Shown here in pieces: positions 31,060 through 41,830 of a DNA stretch of 64,000 nt. How positions within the stretch are numbered: position 1 is the first letter of the stretch; each line of letters begins with the position of its first letter. The DNA comes from a virus (lineage: Duplodnaviria; Caudoviricetes), in IMG/VR virus record IMGVR_UViG_3300046169_000103, positions 1,924 to 65,923 of that record; one strand, written 5' to 3'. A program made the position numbers and the translations under genes. The notes under the pieces are model-generated. The model saw nothing but the letters and a program-made list of their open reading frames with translations, ran no database searches and was not told the origin of the DNA.

Positions 31060-32838
31060 TTATCTAGGTAAAGAATCTACATAACCTGTACTACCTTTCG
31101 GTCGACCATCTTGAGGGGCAATCGATGGGACAGCCATCATGCCCTGAAGTAGTGGTAATAAATCTTGGGACTCCTCTGCGGTAAGCTCTCTATACCCCTT
31201 GTTTGATCCACCCTCCATAGGGATAAAGTTTACTCCCCCCTTAGTTAGTAAGTCTGAGTTAATTGAGTCCGCACCAGCAAGTGGTTGATTTACCGAATTC
31301 ATTCCCCCTGTGTTTCTGTCATGGTAATGACGCTTACTTTCCACGCCTAGATTCCACCCACTTACTCCACTGAATTTATTATCTCCACCTCCTACGGTAA
31401 TATAAAATCCACCATTTGCTTTTTGGAAAATAGTACCGGGCTTAAACCTAAGGATTTGCTCATCATACTGAACAGGTCTCGGCTGAACGCTTCCTCTTAA
31501 TGAGGGATATTGCTGAAACAGATTTTGCAGACTTGCTCTGCCTGTAGCTATATTATTCATAAGGGCACCATAAGTGCCATCCGACTGCATTAATGCAGAT
31601 ATCCTAGTCTCGCTATCTTTATCTTCCTGAATCAGGCCACCTTGATAAGTTGCCAGTCTTTCAGCAAAAGCACTTTGACCGTTGGCTTTTTGATCCATCT
31701 TCATCAACTCCTCGTACTTTTGATCCAATGGATCATCATCGTCATTAAACTCCTTTAGCTCAATACCAAGTGTTGCTTGTGCGTGATTTACATACCACTC
31801 TTTAAATTCCTGAGTCTCTCTTCCATTCGCATCAGCATATGGATATAGTTGATTGATTGCCTTGATTCTTGTTGGGCCCTGTATATCCCTCATTGCATTG
31901 AGGTTACGAGACAACTCAACTTGCATGCCTTGAGCAGCCCCGAACATAGGTCTAGCAGACAACTCGCCAAGCAGGTGGGTGGTTACCTCCGGGGAATAAT
32001 TCTTTGCATTTACAAACATATCCTCAGACGGAAAGGCTTCCTTGAGATAAGGATCGGACCTGTACATTTTTCTGCGCTTGTCGTCATCTATTTTTGCCAA
32101 TATTTCTTTATTAAAGAAAGCAGAAGCAAACTGCTGGTTGCTTGATAAAAATTTTGCCTGATCCTGTGGTACGCCAGCATTTATTAATGCCGTCTCGATT
32201 CCGGGCTTCATTTCATTCCATTGCTGATTGCGCTCCTCTCGCTCTTTTTCTTGTATTAAAGCCTCGTTAATTTTTAGCTGATTTAAATCTGTAGTTAAAC
32301 CCTTATTCACTATATCAGCAGTCGATGAGCTAATACTAAGTGCGTTAATAGTGTCTTTCGTTTCTTGATCCTTGAGGTCTTGCTCTCTCTGCTCACGCTC
32401 ACCTAGCATACTCATCGCCTTCTTTACCCAAGCAGGGTCTTTCCTAAGGTCACCACCCGGGTCTAGGGTTTCCAGTATTCCTTCAGAAGCATCAGCTCCA
32501 TATATTTCGTTCATTTGAACGACTGCAGCATTGGCATCAGATTCCTTTCTGGACTTTAAAGCATCACGCTTTTGATTCTGTGCTTTTACTTGAGCAACCG
32601 CACCAAATGCAGACGCAATCCCACCCATTATTCCTGTTGGGTCTGCCATAGTTGCAGCTCCAAGATAGGCAAGCTTGGGGTCATCGATATCAGGATCCAT
32701 TGAAAGCTTAGACAAACTACTGCCCAATGCCATGCGTTGTCTCGCATTTCTACTATCCTGATTGGATTTCTTTTCCTCTTCTCTGCGAAGAGCATAATTC
32801 AGGTTTCTTTGCCCTTCTGCTCCAATTACTTTTGCCAT
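31060..32838 (-). CDS. Putative internal virion (ejection) protein
   Basis: Position before giant protein; helical Q/E/K-rich composition. Confidence 0.55.
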   Translation of the reverse strand: MAKVIGAEGQRNLNYALRREEEKKSNQDSRNARQRMALGSSLSKLSMDPDIDDPKLAYLGAATMADPTGIMGGIASAFGAVAQVKAQNQKRDALKSRKESDANAAVVQMNEIYGADASEGILETLDPGGDLRKDPAWVKKAMSMLGEREQREQDLKDQETKDTINALSISSSTADIVNKGLTTDLNQLKINEALIQEKEREERNQQWNEMKPGIETALINAGVPQDQAKFLSSNQQFASAFFNKEILAKIDDDKRRKMYRSDPYLKEAFPSEDMFVNAKNYSPEVTTHLLGELSARPMFGAAQGMQVELSRNLNAMRDIQGPTRIKAINQLYPYADANGRETQEFKEWYVNHAQATLGIELKEFNDDDDPLDQKYEELMKMDQKANGQSAFAERLATYQGGLIQEDKDSETRISALMQSDGTYGALMNNIATGRASLQNLFQQYPSLRGSVQPRPVQYDEQILRFKPGTIFQKANGGFYITVGGGDNKFSGVSGWNLGVESKRHYHDRNTGGMNSVNQPLAGADSINSDLLTKGGVNFIPMEGGSNKGYRELTAEESQDLLPLLQGMMAVPSIAPQDGRPKGSTGYVDSLPR

Positions 32839-32839
32839 C

Positions 32840-34240
32840 TTACACTCCTCTACTAAGTGTGGTTGTCATGCCTTTGGGTGCAGTCCCTGTACCCCCACCC
32901 ATTCCATTTGGAAACATTGCATTCGCCATGAGGTAGGTACTGACTCCACCCGAGATTCCTTGCATTGCACTTCCGAGGAAGCTTTCTTTCACAGGAGCCG
33001 TGTAGGATGGGACACTTACTTCTGGAGTCCTACCCTGACCAATTTGCATACCTGCATTCCTAATGGATCGATTGGTTGCATCTTGTCCTGCATATACCGT
33101 ATTAAGTCCAGCAGTTGCGTTGTTAGATACTGTATTTAACGCTCCTGATATTTGTGCTCCATCTTTTCTATTCGCAAGATTCTGCTCATATAGTGCCATG
33201 TCAGATACCGCATCTTGCTCTCTTGCGTTCGCAAGTCTCTTCGCAGTACCAGTTGCAATTAAGTCAGCATCAGTTGCATTATTAAGAAATACTCTGTTGG
33301 CATCTGTGGCATTATCAAGATATGCCGTGCCTAAGTCTAATGCATTGGCTTCATAAACATCAGCCGCATCTTGCGCATTAAGAGTCCTGTTGTTGGCTGC
33401 ATTTATACCTGCTCGCGCTAATGCCTGCATATTCACTTCTTGCATCCGTGCCAGTGAGTTGGCAGATTGTCCAATTATACCACTTCTTCCTGTAAAGTCT
33501 TGCCTAGCTGCATTCCTTTGGCCCTCATTAAGAATTGCTTGCGCCTCTGCTTGTGATGCAGAAAGTCTTGCCTGCTGAACCTCATCAAGCCCCATCATTC
33601 TAGCACCTGCACTCAAGTCCGCACCAGTTAATCGAGCATCTCCCATAGCTTGAGCACCTGTAAACCGAGCATCTGACTTGCCTTGAAGTCCGGCAACCTG
33701 AGCTGAATTGACACCCCCAATCCCCTGCTCACGAGTATTAAGAATAGTATCTAAATATCCACGACCTTCAGCCAGCTCGGTGCCATCGTATACATTATTT
33801 ACTGCTTGTAGGTATCCCTGCTCTGATGGTGCGAGTCCTTGTCTGATTTGTTGAACTCTATTGAACTCACCCATACCATCGTAGCTTTCCTTTAGTCCAC
33901 CATAGGATGATTGGTAGTCCTCTGCCATCTCTCCCTCAAGCTCGGACAGATATAGAGGAAGTACCGCAGACTTCTTTGCCGACCCATCAGGATTAAACAT
34001 ACTCAGGTCTTCATTATAATTAGAAGACCCAGGTCTGGCAGTCAGCTCATCATATGTCGCACCCATAGCCGCACCACGAGATTGATAGTATCTCTCCATC
34101 TCCATCGCATTTGCCTCTGCCGCTATAGCCGCATTAGCATCGTTTTGACTATTCTGTGCCTTACGCGCACTTCTTCCAGACAGGTAGGATGCTCCTCCCA
34201 TTGCTACTCCACCAATAATTGCTGCTGCTATAAATGCCAT
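32840..34240 (-). CDS. Putative DNA-injection/pilot protein
   Basis: N-terminal MAFIAAAIIGGVAMGG and Ala/Gln-rich coiled region. Confidence 0.65.
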   Translation of the reverse strand: MAFIAAAIIGGVAMGGASYLSGRSARKAQNSQNDANAAIAAEANAMEMERYYQSRGAAMGATYDELTARPGSSNYNEDLSMFNPDGSAKKSAVLPLYLSELEGEMAEDYQSSYGGLKESYDGMGEFNRVQQIRQGLAPSEQGYLQAVNNVYDGTELAEGRGYLDTILNTREQGIGGVNSAQVAGLQGKSDARFTGAQAMGDARLTGADLSAGARMMGLDEVQQARLSASQAEAQAILNEGQRNAARQDFTGRSGIIGQSANSLARMQEVNMQALARAGINAANNRTLNAQDAADVYEANALDLGTAYLDNATDANRVFLNNATDADLIATGTAKRLANAREQDAVSDMALYEQNLANRKDGAQISGALNTVSNNATAGLNTVYAGQDATNRSIRNAGMQIGQGRTPEVSVPSYTAPVKESFLGSAMQGISGGVSTYLMANAMFPNGMGGGTGTAPKGMTTTLSRGV

Positions 34241-34701
34241 TAATTTTCCTCCATTAATAATTTAAGGTCGTGCTCAGATATCTCTGGGTCTTCAAAGTTC
34301 TTTGCGATTACTTCCTCTTCCACTTTTTCTACATCTGTCTCTTTAGTTGCATGTACAGTAACAAAAGTACAAGGGGTGTGGGTGTAGATTATTCTTTGAG
34401 TACCTGGTAAGGTTATGTCGTAGTGGGGAGCAGTGAAGGTATCCTTCCCGTGCTCCGATAGAATGGATAGTTTTCCGCTGAGTAAAAAGAATGGGTGTTT
34501 CTTCTTGTGAATCTTAGTAACACAAAACTCATGAGCCGGAAACCTTACTTCTCTAATGTATAATCCATCTGCGAAAGTATGAGTAAGTGGATTATGCTCA
34601 TCCACTTCATCCCCAGTCATCACATCATCATGCTCAATAAATTCACGATGAAACTCAGTTATAGAGTTACGGAATTCCTTCCTCTCAGCCAATGAATTCA
34701 T
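34240..34701 (-). CDS. Cupin-like phage protein
   Basis: HTFADGLYIRE...IHKKKHPFFLLSG...FVTVH. Confidence 0.65.
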   Translation of the reverse strand: MNSLAERKEFRNSITEFHREFIEHDDVMTGDEVDEHNPLTHTFADGLYIREVRFPAHEFCVTKIHKKKHPFFLLSGKLSILSEHGKDTFTAPHYDITLPGTQRIIYTHTPCTFVTVHATKETDVEKVEEEVIAKNFEDPEISEHDLKLLMEEN

Positions 34702-34720
34702 GAACTAATATATGAGGTCA
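34701..34720 (-). promoter_or_regulatory. 20-bp motif copy TGACCTCA-TATA-TTAGTTCA
   Basis: Last base is the A of the ATG of 34240..34701. Confidence 0.65.
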
Positions 34721-34771
34721 TAACTTACTTTAAGTTACTACTAAGTAAAGTTCAATAAGTAATAATGTTCA

Positions 34772-35734
34772 CTACTTGTAAAACCTGTAAGGTAGCTCAC
34801 CAGCCATGAACGGTTGGCTTTGATTGCGATACCAAACTCCGTGGTTACCTGGAGCTAATTCCATTAAGTGAAAACCTGCAATCTTTCCCGGCGCATAATA
34901 ACCCTCGTACAGCATTTTCGAGGGATTCATCCACCTTGGTTGTGTCAATTTTAGATAGTAATGACTATAGTACGAGAGATATACGTTCTGCTTGAGGCCA
35001 TCATCCAAAATAGTATGTGGATGTACCCAATCCCCATCAGGGGATGTCTCGCCCTCAAAAGTTCGTCGGCTTTTGGGAAGCTCCAAGCCTAGGTGATTTG
35101 GGGTTACCCCAAGGTTCCACTGTGAGTGAGTTGGGTTTGTAATATTATAGGATTCGGGTCGTGCCCAACAATCATACCAACCAAAATCAACATTACTTCC
35201 TGAAAACTTCCATTGTAACCAACCGTTCGCATCTTCCCTGAAGTCTATTCTGTCTACTCCATTAGATAGGGGTGAGTCAGTCCAAGTGGGTGTTCCAAAT
35301 GCGGGAGGATCTGAGACCCCATCAGGGAAATACTCGGGTTGAGGCCCTATCCAATGTTCCGCTGGATAATTGGCTTCTGGATATTCAGCACCACCCATCC
35401 AGCTTGCATATCCTTTATTTGTAGAAGCTGGTTGGAATGAATCTGTCGATGACCAGTATCCATGACCTATCCTAAAATAACTGTCATTCTCTGCTCTCCT
35501 GCAAAAAAACCTTTCAGATGATTCAAAATTTGTAGAACCCTCAGATTCCATCTCGCCGGAAATAAGCCATGTTTGTAAATCACCTTCCCCGGTCATTAAT
35601 TTACTAGCAAGTCCCCGTTGCGCGGTTGCAGCTTCAGGTATTCTTATATCTACCCCTTCTATTGCCACACTATCCGCTACAAGGGTATTATGAGATGCAT
35701 CATGTCCCCTTACTGTTACTGTTGCATTACTCAT
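34772..35734 (-). CDS. Hypothetical tail-associated protein
   Basis: Aromatic-rich; last gene of the fibre cluster. Confidence 0.55.
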   Translation of the reverse strand: MSNATVTVRGHDASHNTLVADSVAIEGVDIRIPEAATAQRGLASKLMTGEGDLQTWLISGEMESEGSTNFESSERFFCRRAENDSYFRIGHGYWSSTDSFQPASTNKGYASWMGGAEYPEANYPAEHWIGPQPEYFPDGVSDPPAFGTPTWTDSPLSNGVDRIDFREDANGWLQWKFSGSNVDFGWYDCWARPESYNITNPTHSQWNLGVTPNHLGLELPKSRRTFEGETSPDGDWVHPHTILDDGLKQNVYLSYYSHYYLKLTQPRWMNPSKMLYEGYYAPGKIAGFHLMELAPGNHGVWYRNQSQPFMAGELPYRFYK

Positions 35735-36588
35735 ATTTTCTTAATTGGATAAATTGCAATTTGACCTGGAAATACTACATTGCCTGCGGCAGCTATATGT
35801 TCTGCTGTAGCTCCGTTATTTACAACATATAGAGCAGACGTGTCGAAACTCGAATTGGTGATGCTATTTGTCGTGTGAGCGTACACGGAGCTGATGGCGT
35901 ACTCGTCTAAATGCTCTTCAGGAAGGCCACTATGTGACCAACAATTTTCAGGATGTATGTAACTTCTATAATTCTGATTAGACACTCCCCCAAGGGCGTA
36001 CCCGTAGTTTGTCAGCTGCTCATCTAGTGTATGCTGGGATGTGCCGTCACTATATCCCATTAAATGCTTGTGGAGTTTAAGCTTAACCGATGAATCAGAA
36101 GAGGATTTATATGGGGATGCGTCTCGGTAATACCACTTTATGTATCCCACACATATATCCGTTTTAAATAAATCTGATAAAGCTGCAGGTGTATAATCTA
36201 AAGGTCTCTCTGCATCAAGTGTACTACTAGGGCCAAAACTTGTTACAAATGTATCACTAGACCCATAACAATAAAATTCATGCACTAGGGTTTGCGCTGA
36301 AGAGCGACCTAATAAATTACTCTCCTCTACCGTTCTCTCCTCGGCTGGTAGGAAATTAACATACCTAACAATATAGTGTTCATTATCATACCTGTAACTT
36401 TCTAAATCCGCATAACCATCACACCTTGCTTGGCTGAAATGGTAATCTGCAGGTAAATTAGCGGCAGCGTATACAGAAATATCCGCATGGTCAGAACCTG
36501 ATGGCATCATATTTTCAGGACCGCCATTCAATGACCAAGACCAATGGTCGCAGTTACGGGAGGTTACATTTATTCTGTGGGTGCTCAT
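35731..36588 (-). CDS. Hypothetical tail-associated protein
   Basis: ATGA-coupled, in fibre cluster. Confidence 0.55.
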   Translation of the reverse strand: MSTHRINVTSRNCDHWSWSLNGGPENMMPSGSDHADISVYAAANLPADYHFSQARCDGYADLESYRYDNEHYIVRYVNFLPAEERTVEESNLLGRSSAQTLVHEFYCYGSSDTFVTSFGPSSTLDAERPLDYTPAALSDLFKTDICVGYIKWYYRDASPYKSSSDSSVKLKLHKHLMGYSDGTSQHTLDEQLTNYGYALGGVSNQNYRSYIHPENCWSHSGLPEEHLDEYAISSVYAHTTNSITNSSFDTSALYVVNNGATAEHIAAAGNVVFPGQIAIYPIKKI

Positions 36589-36591
36589 GAA

Positions 36592-37144
36592 TTAAATCAC
36601 CGCAAAGCAAGACGAGACTCTTGCAGATAAATAATCAGATCGAGATGATGTATGAACAATTCTTAATTGATTATTCAAAATGTATGCATATGCCATGAGT
36701 GTGCTATACGGGCCTGTACCAGCTGCGAAAGCCCCAATGGAATCTAAACTCCTATTATAGTCAGGGATAACAGGAACATCCCAACCAATCTTCATGGCAT
36801 GATAATGTCGGTCTTCATTGAGGGGCAAGTCGGAGTCGGGGCCGCACTATGGTTTTGGCCAAGCTTGCATTTACCAGTCTGTAGGTTTTGCCGGGCAGTA
36901 CAGTAATGGACCCAGCTTGGTTTAAAGTAGAGGCATGACCCGACATACTAGTACTTCCCGAGTATATACCCGTAGTATTAAATGTGTTAAAAATAAGCTC
37001 GGCTGAACTGAAATCGAACTGACTACCTTCAAGATATTTTGTAACATGTCCATCACCACTTGGAATAGCAGCTACTATTTTAGCAGTGCTTACTTCAGTA
37101 GAAGTGGCTTTGTCTGTAATTTCTGATATTTTTTTTGTGCTCAT
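36592..37144 (-). CDS. Tail-fibre-associated protein with N-terminal KISE motif; probably one gene split near 36840
   Basis: ORFs 36815..37144 and 36592..36828 (TTG start) overlap in adjacent frames. Confidence 0.5.
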
Positions 37145-37146
37145 AT

Positions 37147-37653
37147 TTATTCCTGTTCTAAGTATTCTCCTGATTCTGTTGTTAGAAATTCACCGACTTC
37201 TGTTAATATTCCATCATTTGTGGGCACTAATTCCACCACACTTGTTATCTCAATAAATGGTGTGGCTACTGATACTGTGTCTGTTGTAGTGCCTCTGACA
37301 TCATCGCCAATATAGCCTTTGAATGTCACATCCCATATTCCATCAGAATCCACACCAACTACTCCACTATAGGAAGTACTTCCATCAGTAATAAATACCT
37401 CACCGCCATCATTATTATCTGACTGCCTTATTGCCTGGATACTCCACTTAGTGAAACCACCAATACGGTCACCACTGATTTGATAAGTTACTTCCTTGGT
37501 TATCGGATCGTAAGTTGCAGTACCTGTGAACTGTATTGTCTTTTCCCAAATAGTAACTCCATTGAGTATAAGATAGTCAAGGTCATGAGTCTGACCGCCA
37601 TCCACCCATTTTACTGAGTTGGTATCACCTAAAGCTATATTTAAGTTAGGCAT
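37147..37653 (-). CDS. Tail-associated protein with C-terminal ILTE.GEFLTTESGEYL motif
   Basis: Motif typical of fibre-linking proteins. Confidence 0.6.
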   Translation of the reverse strand: MPNLNIALGDTNSVKWVDGGQTHDLDYLILNGVTIWEKTIQFTGTATYDPITKEVTYQISGDRIGGFTKWSIQAIRQSDNNDGGEVFITDGSTSYSGVVGVDSDGIWDVTFKGYIGDDVRGTTTDTVSVATPFIEITSVVELVPTNDGILTEVGEFLTTESGEYLEQE

Positions 37654-37954
37654 TTGCTGATGTAATTACTAATGTTTTAGTATCCGCATTATACTCGAAT
37701 ACAGGTATATTGGCGGTATTTGCCTGAATCTTACCGTCGAGTGTATTTAAGTCGTCGATAATTGTAGTGATTGAATCCTCCTTGGTATCGTCCTTATCAA
37801 TCAGTTTATTTACACGATCAGTAATATTGATAAAGTTATACTCCGCATCCTGCTGAGCTATTGGTCCACCCGAGAACTCTCTAAGTACAACAGAGTCTGT
37901 AGCACTGGGCGTAGGAGCCGTGCCAAGATTGAGAAGTAGTTTATCTACTGACAT
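37646..37954 (-). CDS. Small tail-associated coiled-coil protein
   Basis: C-terminal FEYNADTKTLVI module shared with other fibre genes. Confidence 0.6.
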   Translation of the reverse strand: MSVDKLLLNLGTAPTPSATDSVVLREFSGGPIAQQDAEYNFINITDRVNKLIDKDDTKEDSITTIIDDLNTLDGKIQANTANIPVFEYNADTKTLVITSANA

Positions 37955-37958
37955 CGCT

Positions 37959-38519
37959 CTATGCAGATAGTCCTGCGTTAAAGTCTGCTAAATCACCAAG
38001 TGCTTGAGTAGATGCTCGGGTTCCAATCAATACATCATTAACCGCAATCTTACCCAAGGATACTGTGTCTACATTCGTGCCTGACCCATCTGCTGAAGTT
38101 GTACCAAATTCAAATCTGTCATTAGTTTCCTCAAACAAAAATGTGGCATTATCTACTCCTGACTTACGCTCAAATAATAATCCGGAATCAGGTGCATCAC
38201 TACTTGCCTCCTTTGCCCCTTTATTGAGAACTAAAATATTATCTTCAATTGTCGTATTAGCAGTAGAGATTGAAGTTGTCGTTCCATTTACCGTTAAGTT
38301 CCCACCCACCGTAAAATTACTACTAGTGGATGCCTCCCCATAAATGGTTAGAGACTTAGCCTCACCTGACCCTGCTCCACCAACAGTTACATTCTGCTTG
38401 AAATCATTTGTACCTGTCCAGGTGTTATTAGCGGATTTAAGTGCCGTTATTGCGCTTGCTATGTTATTTTTGGTCGCTTGACCAATCTTGTAGAATATTG
38501 AGGTTGTGTCTGCTGGCAT
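37959..38519 (-). CDS. Tail fibre protein
   Basis: GNLTVNGTTT..IEDN..VLNK module shared with 48146..50128. Confidence 0.65.
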   Translation of the reverse strand: MPADTTSIFYKIGQATKNNIASAITALKSANNTWTGTNDFKQNVTVGGAGSGEAKSLTIYGEASTSSNFTVGGNLTVNGTTTSISTANTTIEDNILVLNKGAKEASSDAPDSGLLFERKSGVDNATFLFEETNDRFEFGTTSADGSGTNVDTVSLGKIAVNDVLIGTRASTQALGDLADFNAGLSA

Positions 38520-38531
38520 TGTATTAGTTGG

Positions 38532-38775
38532 TTAAGTAGTTGAAATCTCTGGAAACCAATCATCAGTTGCGGTTTCTATGGCGTATCCAAATGTTCCAAG
38601 GTTCGCGGCATACAGGCACGATATACTTGCTGTCTGTTATGCGTTGTTGCTCTTCTGCCCAGGCAGTGGTTTGTGACTTGTAGTCACCACTAGGGACATT
38701 ATTCATACAAGCATTGAAGCAGTTTGCTAAACATTCATCTGACTCAGCTTTAGTATCTAAAATATAGTACTTCAT
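38532..38775 (-). CDS. Small fibre-associated protein; likely start MKYYILD at 38775, frameshift near 38608
   Basis: ATGA overlap with upstream stop; alternate frame continues [24 protein letters not shown]. Confidence 0.5.
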
Positions 38776-40874
38776 GGTGCAGTTGATTTGTATGGGTGAT
38801 TTGTAGGCAATACGGAAGTTATGCCCCATTTGTGTGCTAAATATCCCTCAACCTTTAACTTTTCTTCTTCAGGGAGTTTTCTAGCAAATGAAATAATCTC
38901 ACATATTGGTCCTCGCCAATTACGATGCCCCAAACGCCTGTCATTACCTATGCAATAACCATTCACGCCCACAGGGTAATTAGAAGAAAGTGAAATAAGA
39001 TTAGTTGAAGCTAAAGTGGGCAAGACATCACTTGTAGTACTTTCAAATCCATTTATGAAAAGATTATCACCCCAGCCTGTACCGTACAGGTGTTTAGTAT
39101 TTTTACGTCCTTGGATGCCATTATCTGAACCTGTATTAATAGTACCTGTAAACAAACCTACGAAGTCAGGAAAAGTTTCTGCGCTATAATCCCATCGAGA
39201 TACTATATAAGTGTCCTGCCAGTTTGCAACTGCTGGGGTCGGGGAGTACATATCCCTACCACCGCCTTCCATCCTGATTGCATTTAATCCATTTACTGAA
39301 AGCATTCCGGTGGCTAGTTGCTTGCTACTTGACGGCTGAATTGCGTGATGCCCATTACCACTTTTATCATTCCATTGACTAACCCTCCTGGTTGCTAAGC
39401 CATTATCAGTGATTGTTGTTTCATCACTAGCATCTAACCATAGGAGAGGTTCCGTTGGGACATATGTCAAGTTACCCTCTATGATGTCATCCATTCTAGT
39501 TGCCGCAGCATAGCCGACACCCACATATGCTTCGGTCTGCCAATGTACTCCATCATACTTACCACCGCCATTCGGTCCCGACCAATCCATTAAATGCTCC
39601 CATGGAGCTACCTCAATAAACTCAACATATGCATCTGCATCAGCTACCTCAGACTGTGCGTCCTGTATCTCTGACATTCCAGAAGTAGATACAGAATTTA
39701 AACCATTAGCATCATCAGCAACTCTGTTATCAACCTCAATTACACAAACAGGTAATTCAGGCGCGTTTACATGAGTGCGAACATCAGTAATTAAAGTCTG
39801 TAATTTAAGTTTATAATCTGCTTTTGCGTTGGCATTACTGGGTTCCCTATCTGATTCGCCCTGCCACCACACGAACCCTTTCCATTCAAGCGTGTACCCT
39901 ATGTTAGTAGCCCAAGTGATTGCATTGTCTATGGATGCAGTTAATTTATCCCAGTTATTTCTATTACCACTACCAACCTCGGCAACACTTTGAGTTTTAT
40001 CCCAAGTGTCAATTGAGGAGCCACCAGAGGAGTACTTAACCAGGAATTGTTTCTTAACTCTTACATGGTCAAGTCCATCTAAGAAAGAAGCTTCTATTCC
40101 GTGCGAACCTCCAGGATTGAGAGAGCCGGGTGTACCCGACTGGTCGGAGCTATGATTATTTGAAAATAAAATATCACTTCTTGTGTCACTTAATGTTCCC
40201 TCGCCATCAAGCTGAGTATAACTAGAAAGGTTGCTTGCACTTGCTGTACCTCCTGCATTTGACTGACCTGAGAGAATGTAAACTTCTACCACTCTATCTG
40301 CTACCAATGTATCATCAGATAACTTCAACCACCTTCCGTCCTTAAAGTAAGTGTGGGCAGATATTGTGGTGTCGAATGCTATAGTTCCATTAGATGCACT
40401 TCCTGGCAATTCTTCTGTAGTGTAGCCTTCAATTGAAGTCCCATCCTGTCCGGCAGGACCTGCGGGACCTTGTGGCCCAACCTCTCCGTCCTGACCATCT
40501 TGTCCATTCTGACCATCTTGACCATCTTGACCATCTGCCCCGTCTTGCCCTGCGGGTCCTTGTGCACCATCTGCACCATCTGCACCATCAGCACCATCAA
40601 CCCCGTTCGTGCCATCGATTCCATTAGAGCCATCTGCACCGTCTTGTCCTGCGGGTCCCTGTGCTCCGTCTTGTCCATCCTGCCCTGCTGGTCCCTGTGC
40701 TCCGTCTGCCCCTGCTGGCCCAGCGGGTCCTTGGTCGCCTGTATCTCCTTTGTCGCCCTTATCTCCTTGTGTGCCACTACCTATATTGCCAAGGCTAACC
40801 TTAGTTGCATACAAATCAAACTCTGAGCGAAGAACTTCCCCGAGCTTAAATAAATCTGTTTCGTTAGTACTCAT
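38772..40874 (-). CDS. Collagen-like tail fibre with SGNH/SASA-type esterase and LamG-like C-terminal domain
   Basis: Gly-X-Y run; GQSN, WWQGESD, DGVH motifs; LWLDASD...[10 protein letters not shown]. Confidence 0.8.
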   Translation of the reverse strand: MSTNETDLFKLGEVLRSEFDLYATKVSLGNIGSGTQGDKGDKGDTGDQGPAGPAGADGAQGPAGQDGQDGAQGPAGQDGADGSNGIDGTNGVDGADGADGADGAQGPAGQDGADGQDGQDGQNGQDGQDGEVGPQGPAGPAGQDGTSIEGYTTEELPGSASNGTIAFDTTISAHTYFKDGRWLKLSDDTLVADRVVEVYILSGQSNAGGTASASNLSSYTQLDGEGTLSDTRSDILFSNNHSSDQSGTPGSLNPGGSHGIEASFLDGLDHVRVKKQFLVKYSSGGSSIDTWDKTQSVAEVGSGNRNNWDKLTASIDNAITWATNIGYTLEWKGFVWWQGESDREPSNANAKADYKLKLQTLITDVRTHVNAPELPVCVIEVDNRVADDANGLNSVSTSGMSEIQDAQSEVADADAYVEFIEVAPWEHLMDWSGPNGGGKYDGVHWQTEAYVGVGYAAATRMDDIIEGNLTYVPTEPLLWLDASDETTITDNGLATRRVSQWNDKSGNGHHAIQPSSSKQLATGMLSVNGLNAIRMEGGGRDMYSPTPAVANWQDTYIVSRWDYSAETFPDFVGLFTGTINTGSDNGIQGRKNTKHLYGTGWGDNLFINGFESTTSDVLPTLASTNLISLSSNYPVGVNGYCIGNDRRLGHRNWRGPICEIISFARKLPEEEKLKVEGYLAHKWGITSVLPTNHPYKSTAP
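40440..40772 (-). repeat. Collagen-like 9-bp-period repeats (GAD/GQD/GPA)
   Basis: Repeated accatctgc / accatcttg units. Confidence 0.85.
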
Positions 40875-41830
40875 TCAAGTAAATCGGCGGTGGTCCCAGA
40901 GGCAGGGAAGTAATCATCATGCATACCTGCGTATTTATTCTGAAGGTAATTTTTAACTAGATTGATTTCCCCAATAGGAAGTAGAGAGTCGAACCAAATG
41001 ACCTCATACATAGTCATCGCATAAGCATGACCTAATTGCCGAATGTCACCACTAGCAGTGCTTGAGATAGTAAGTGGGGTTTTAGTTGTATCTGTCCTAG
41101 CATCTGCCCTCCACACCTTACCACTATTCCCACTTCGCCCACCAATAAATAAGGCGGGCCCAGTTCCACTAGTTGCACTCCCCCAATAAGTAGTGCTAAG
41201 ACCATAGTTAGCAGCCATTGTGGTGCCGAAAAACTTCTGACCACTACTAGATTTATACCAGTCATTATAAGTGTGGGGGGTTATGTATTGTTGGGCATTA
41301 TTAGCGGCTATGACCCAAAATAAAGTACCATCCCCATCTATATATTCCGGTGCTGAACCAACTGTTCCACCACTATGGTTATTTGGATTTGAATTATTTT
41401 TAAAAAAGGTACTTGATAACTTAACCCCACCTAAGCCGGCACCTAGTCTACTTGCTTCCCAGTTGGAATAAGCTGTGTTACTTGATTGGACATAGTAAGC
41501 ATGATTCGCATGAGTCCTGTCGCTCCACACAGGGATATGGTCACCATCACTTAAATCAGTCCTAGTTACGCCATCGACATGCTGGGAATCAAAATGCAAT
41601 ATTGGCGAAGTGGCCAAATAATAGTTTGCATCGGTATTGCTGTATATACCTTGAGCGTAATGAAGCTCATCCTCCCCTCCCGTGGATTGAGTCACTGAAT
41701 CCCTATTGTATACTTGCCACAAAGAGCCGTCCCAAATGATTACCCTATTGGTGTCCGTTTCTAAATACATATCGCCCTGCTCGGGGGATTCAGGTCGATT
41801 CTCAGAAGTTGTTGTTAATAGCTTACTCAT
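40871..41830 (-). CDS. Tail-associated protein with LamG/lectin-like domain
   Basis: LHFDSQ..WSDR...YEVIWFD...NYLQNKY; N-terminal [16 protein letters not shown] module. Confidence 0.6.
   Translation of the reverse strand: MSKLLTTTSENRPESPEQGDMYLETDTNRVIIWDGSLWQVYNRDSVTQSTGGEDELHYAQGIYSNTDANYYLATSPILHFDSQHVDGVTRTDLSDGDHIPVWSDRTHANHAYYVQSSNTAYSNWEASRLGAGLGGVKLSSTFFKNNSNPNNHSGGTVGSAPEYIDGDGTLFWVIAANNAQQYITPHTYNDWYKSSSGQKFFGTTMAANYGLSTTYWGSATSGTGPALFIGGRSGNSGKVWRADARTDTTKTPLTISSTASGDIRQLGHAYAMTMYEVIWFDSLLPIGEINLVKNYLQNKYAGMHDDYFPASGTTADLLE

Noticed and set aside
40379-40956. Alternative-frame and antisense ORFs over the collagen region
   Set aside because: By-product of the stop-poor Gly-X-Y repeat
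41028-41035. Extra TGACCTAA half-site
   Set aside because: Inside a coding region, not before a start codon, second half poorly matched
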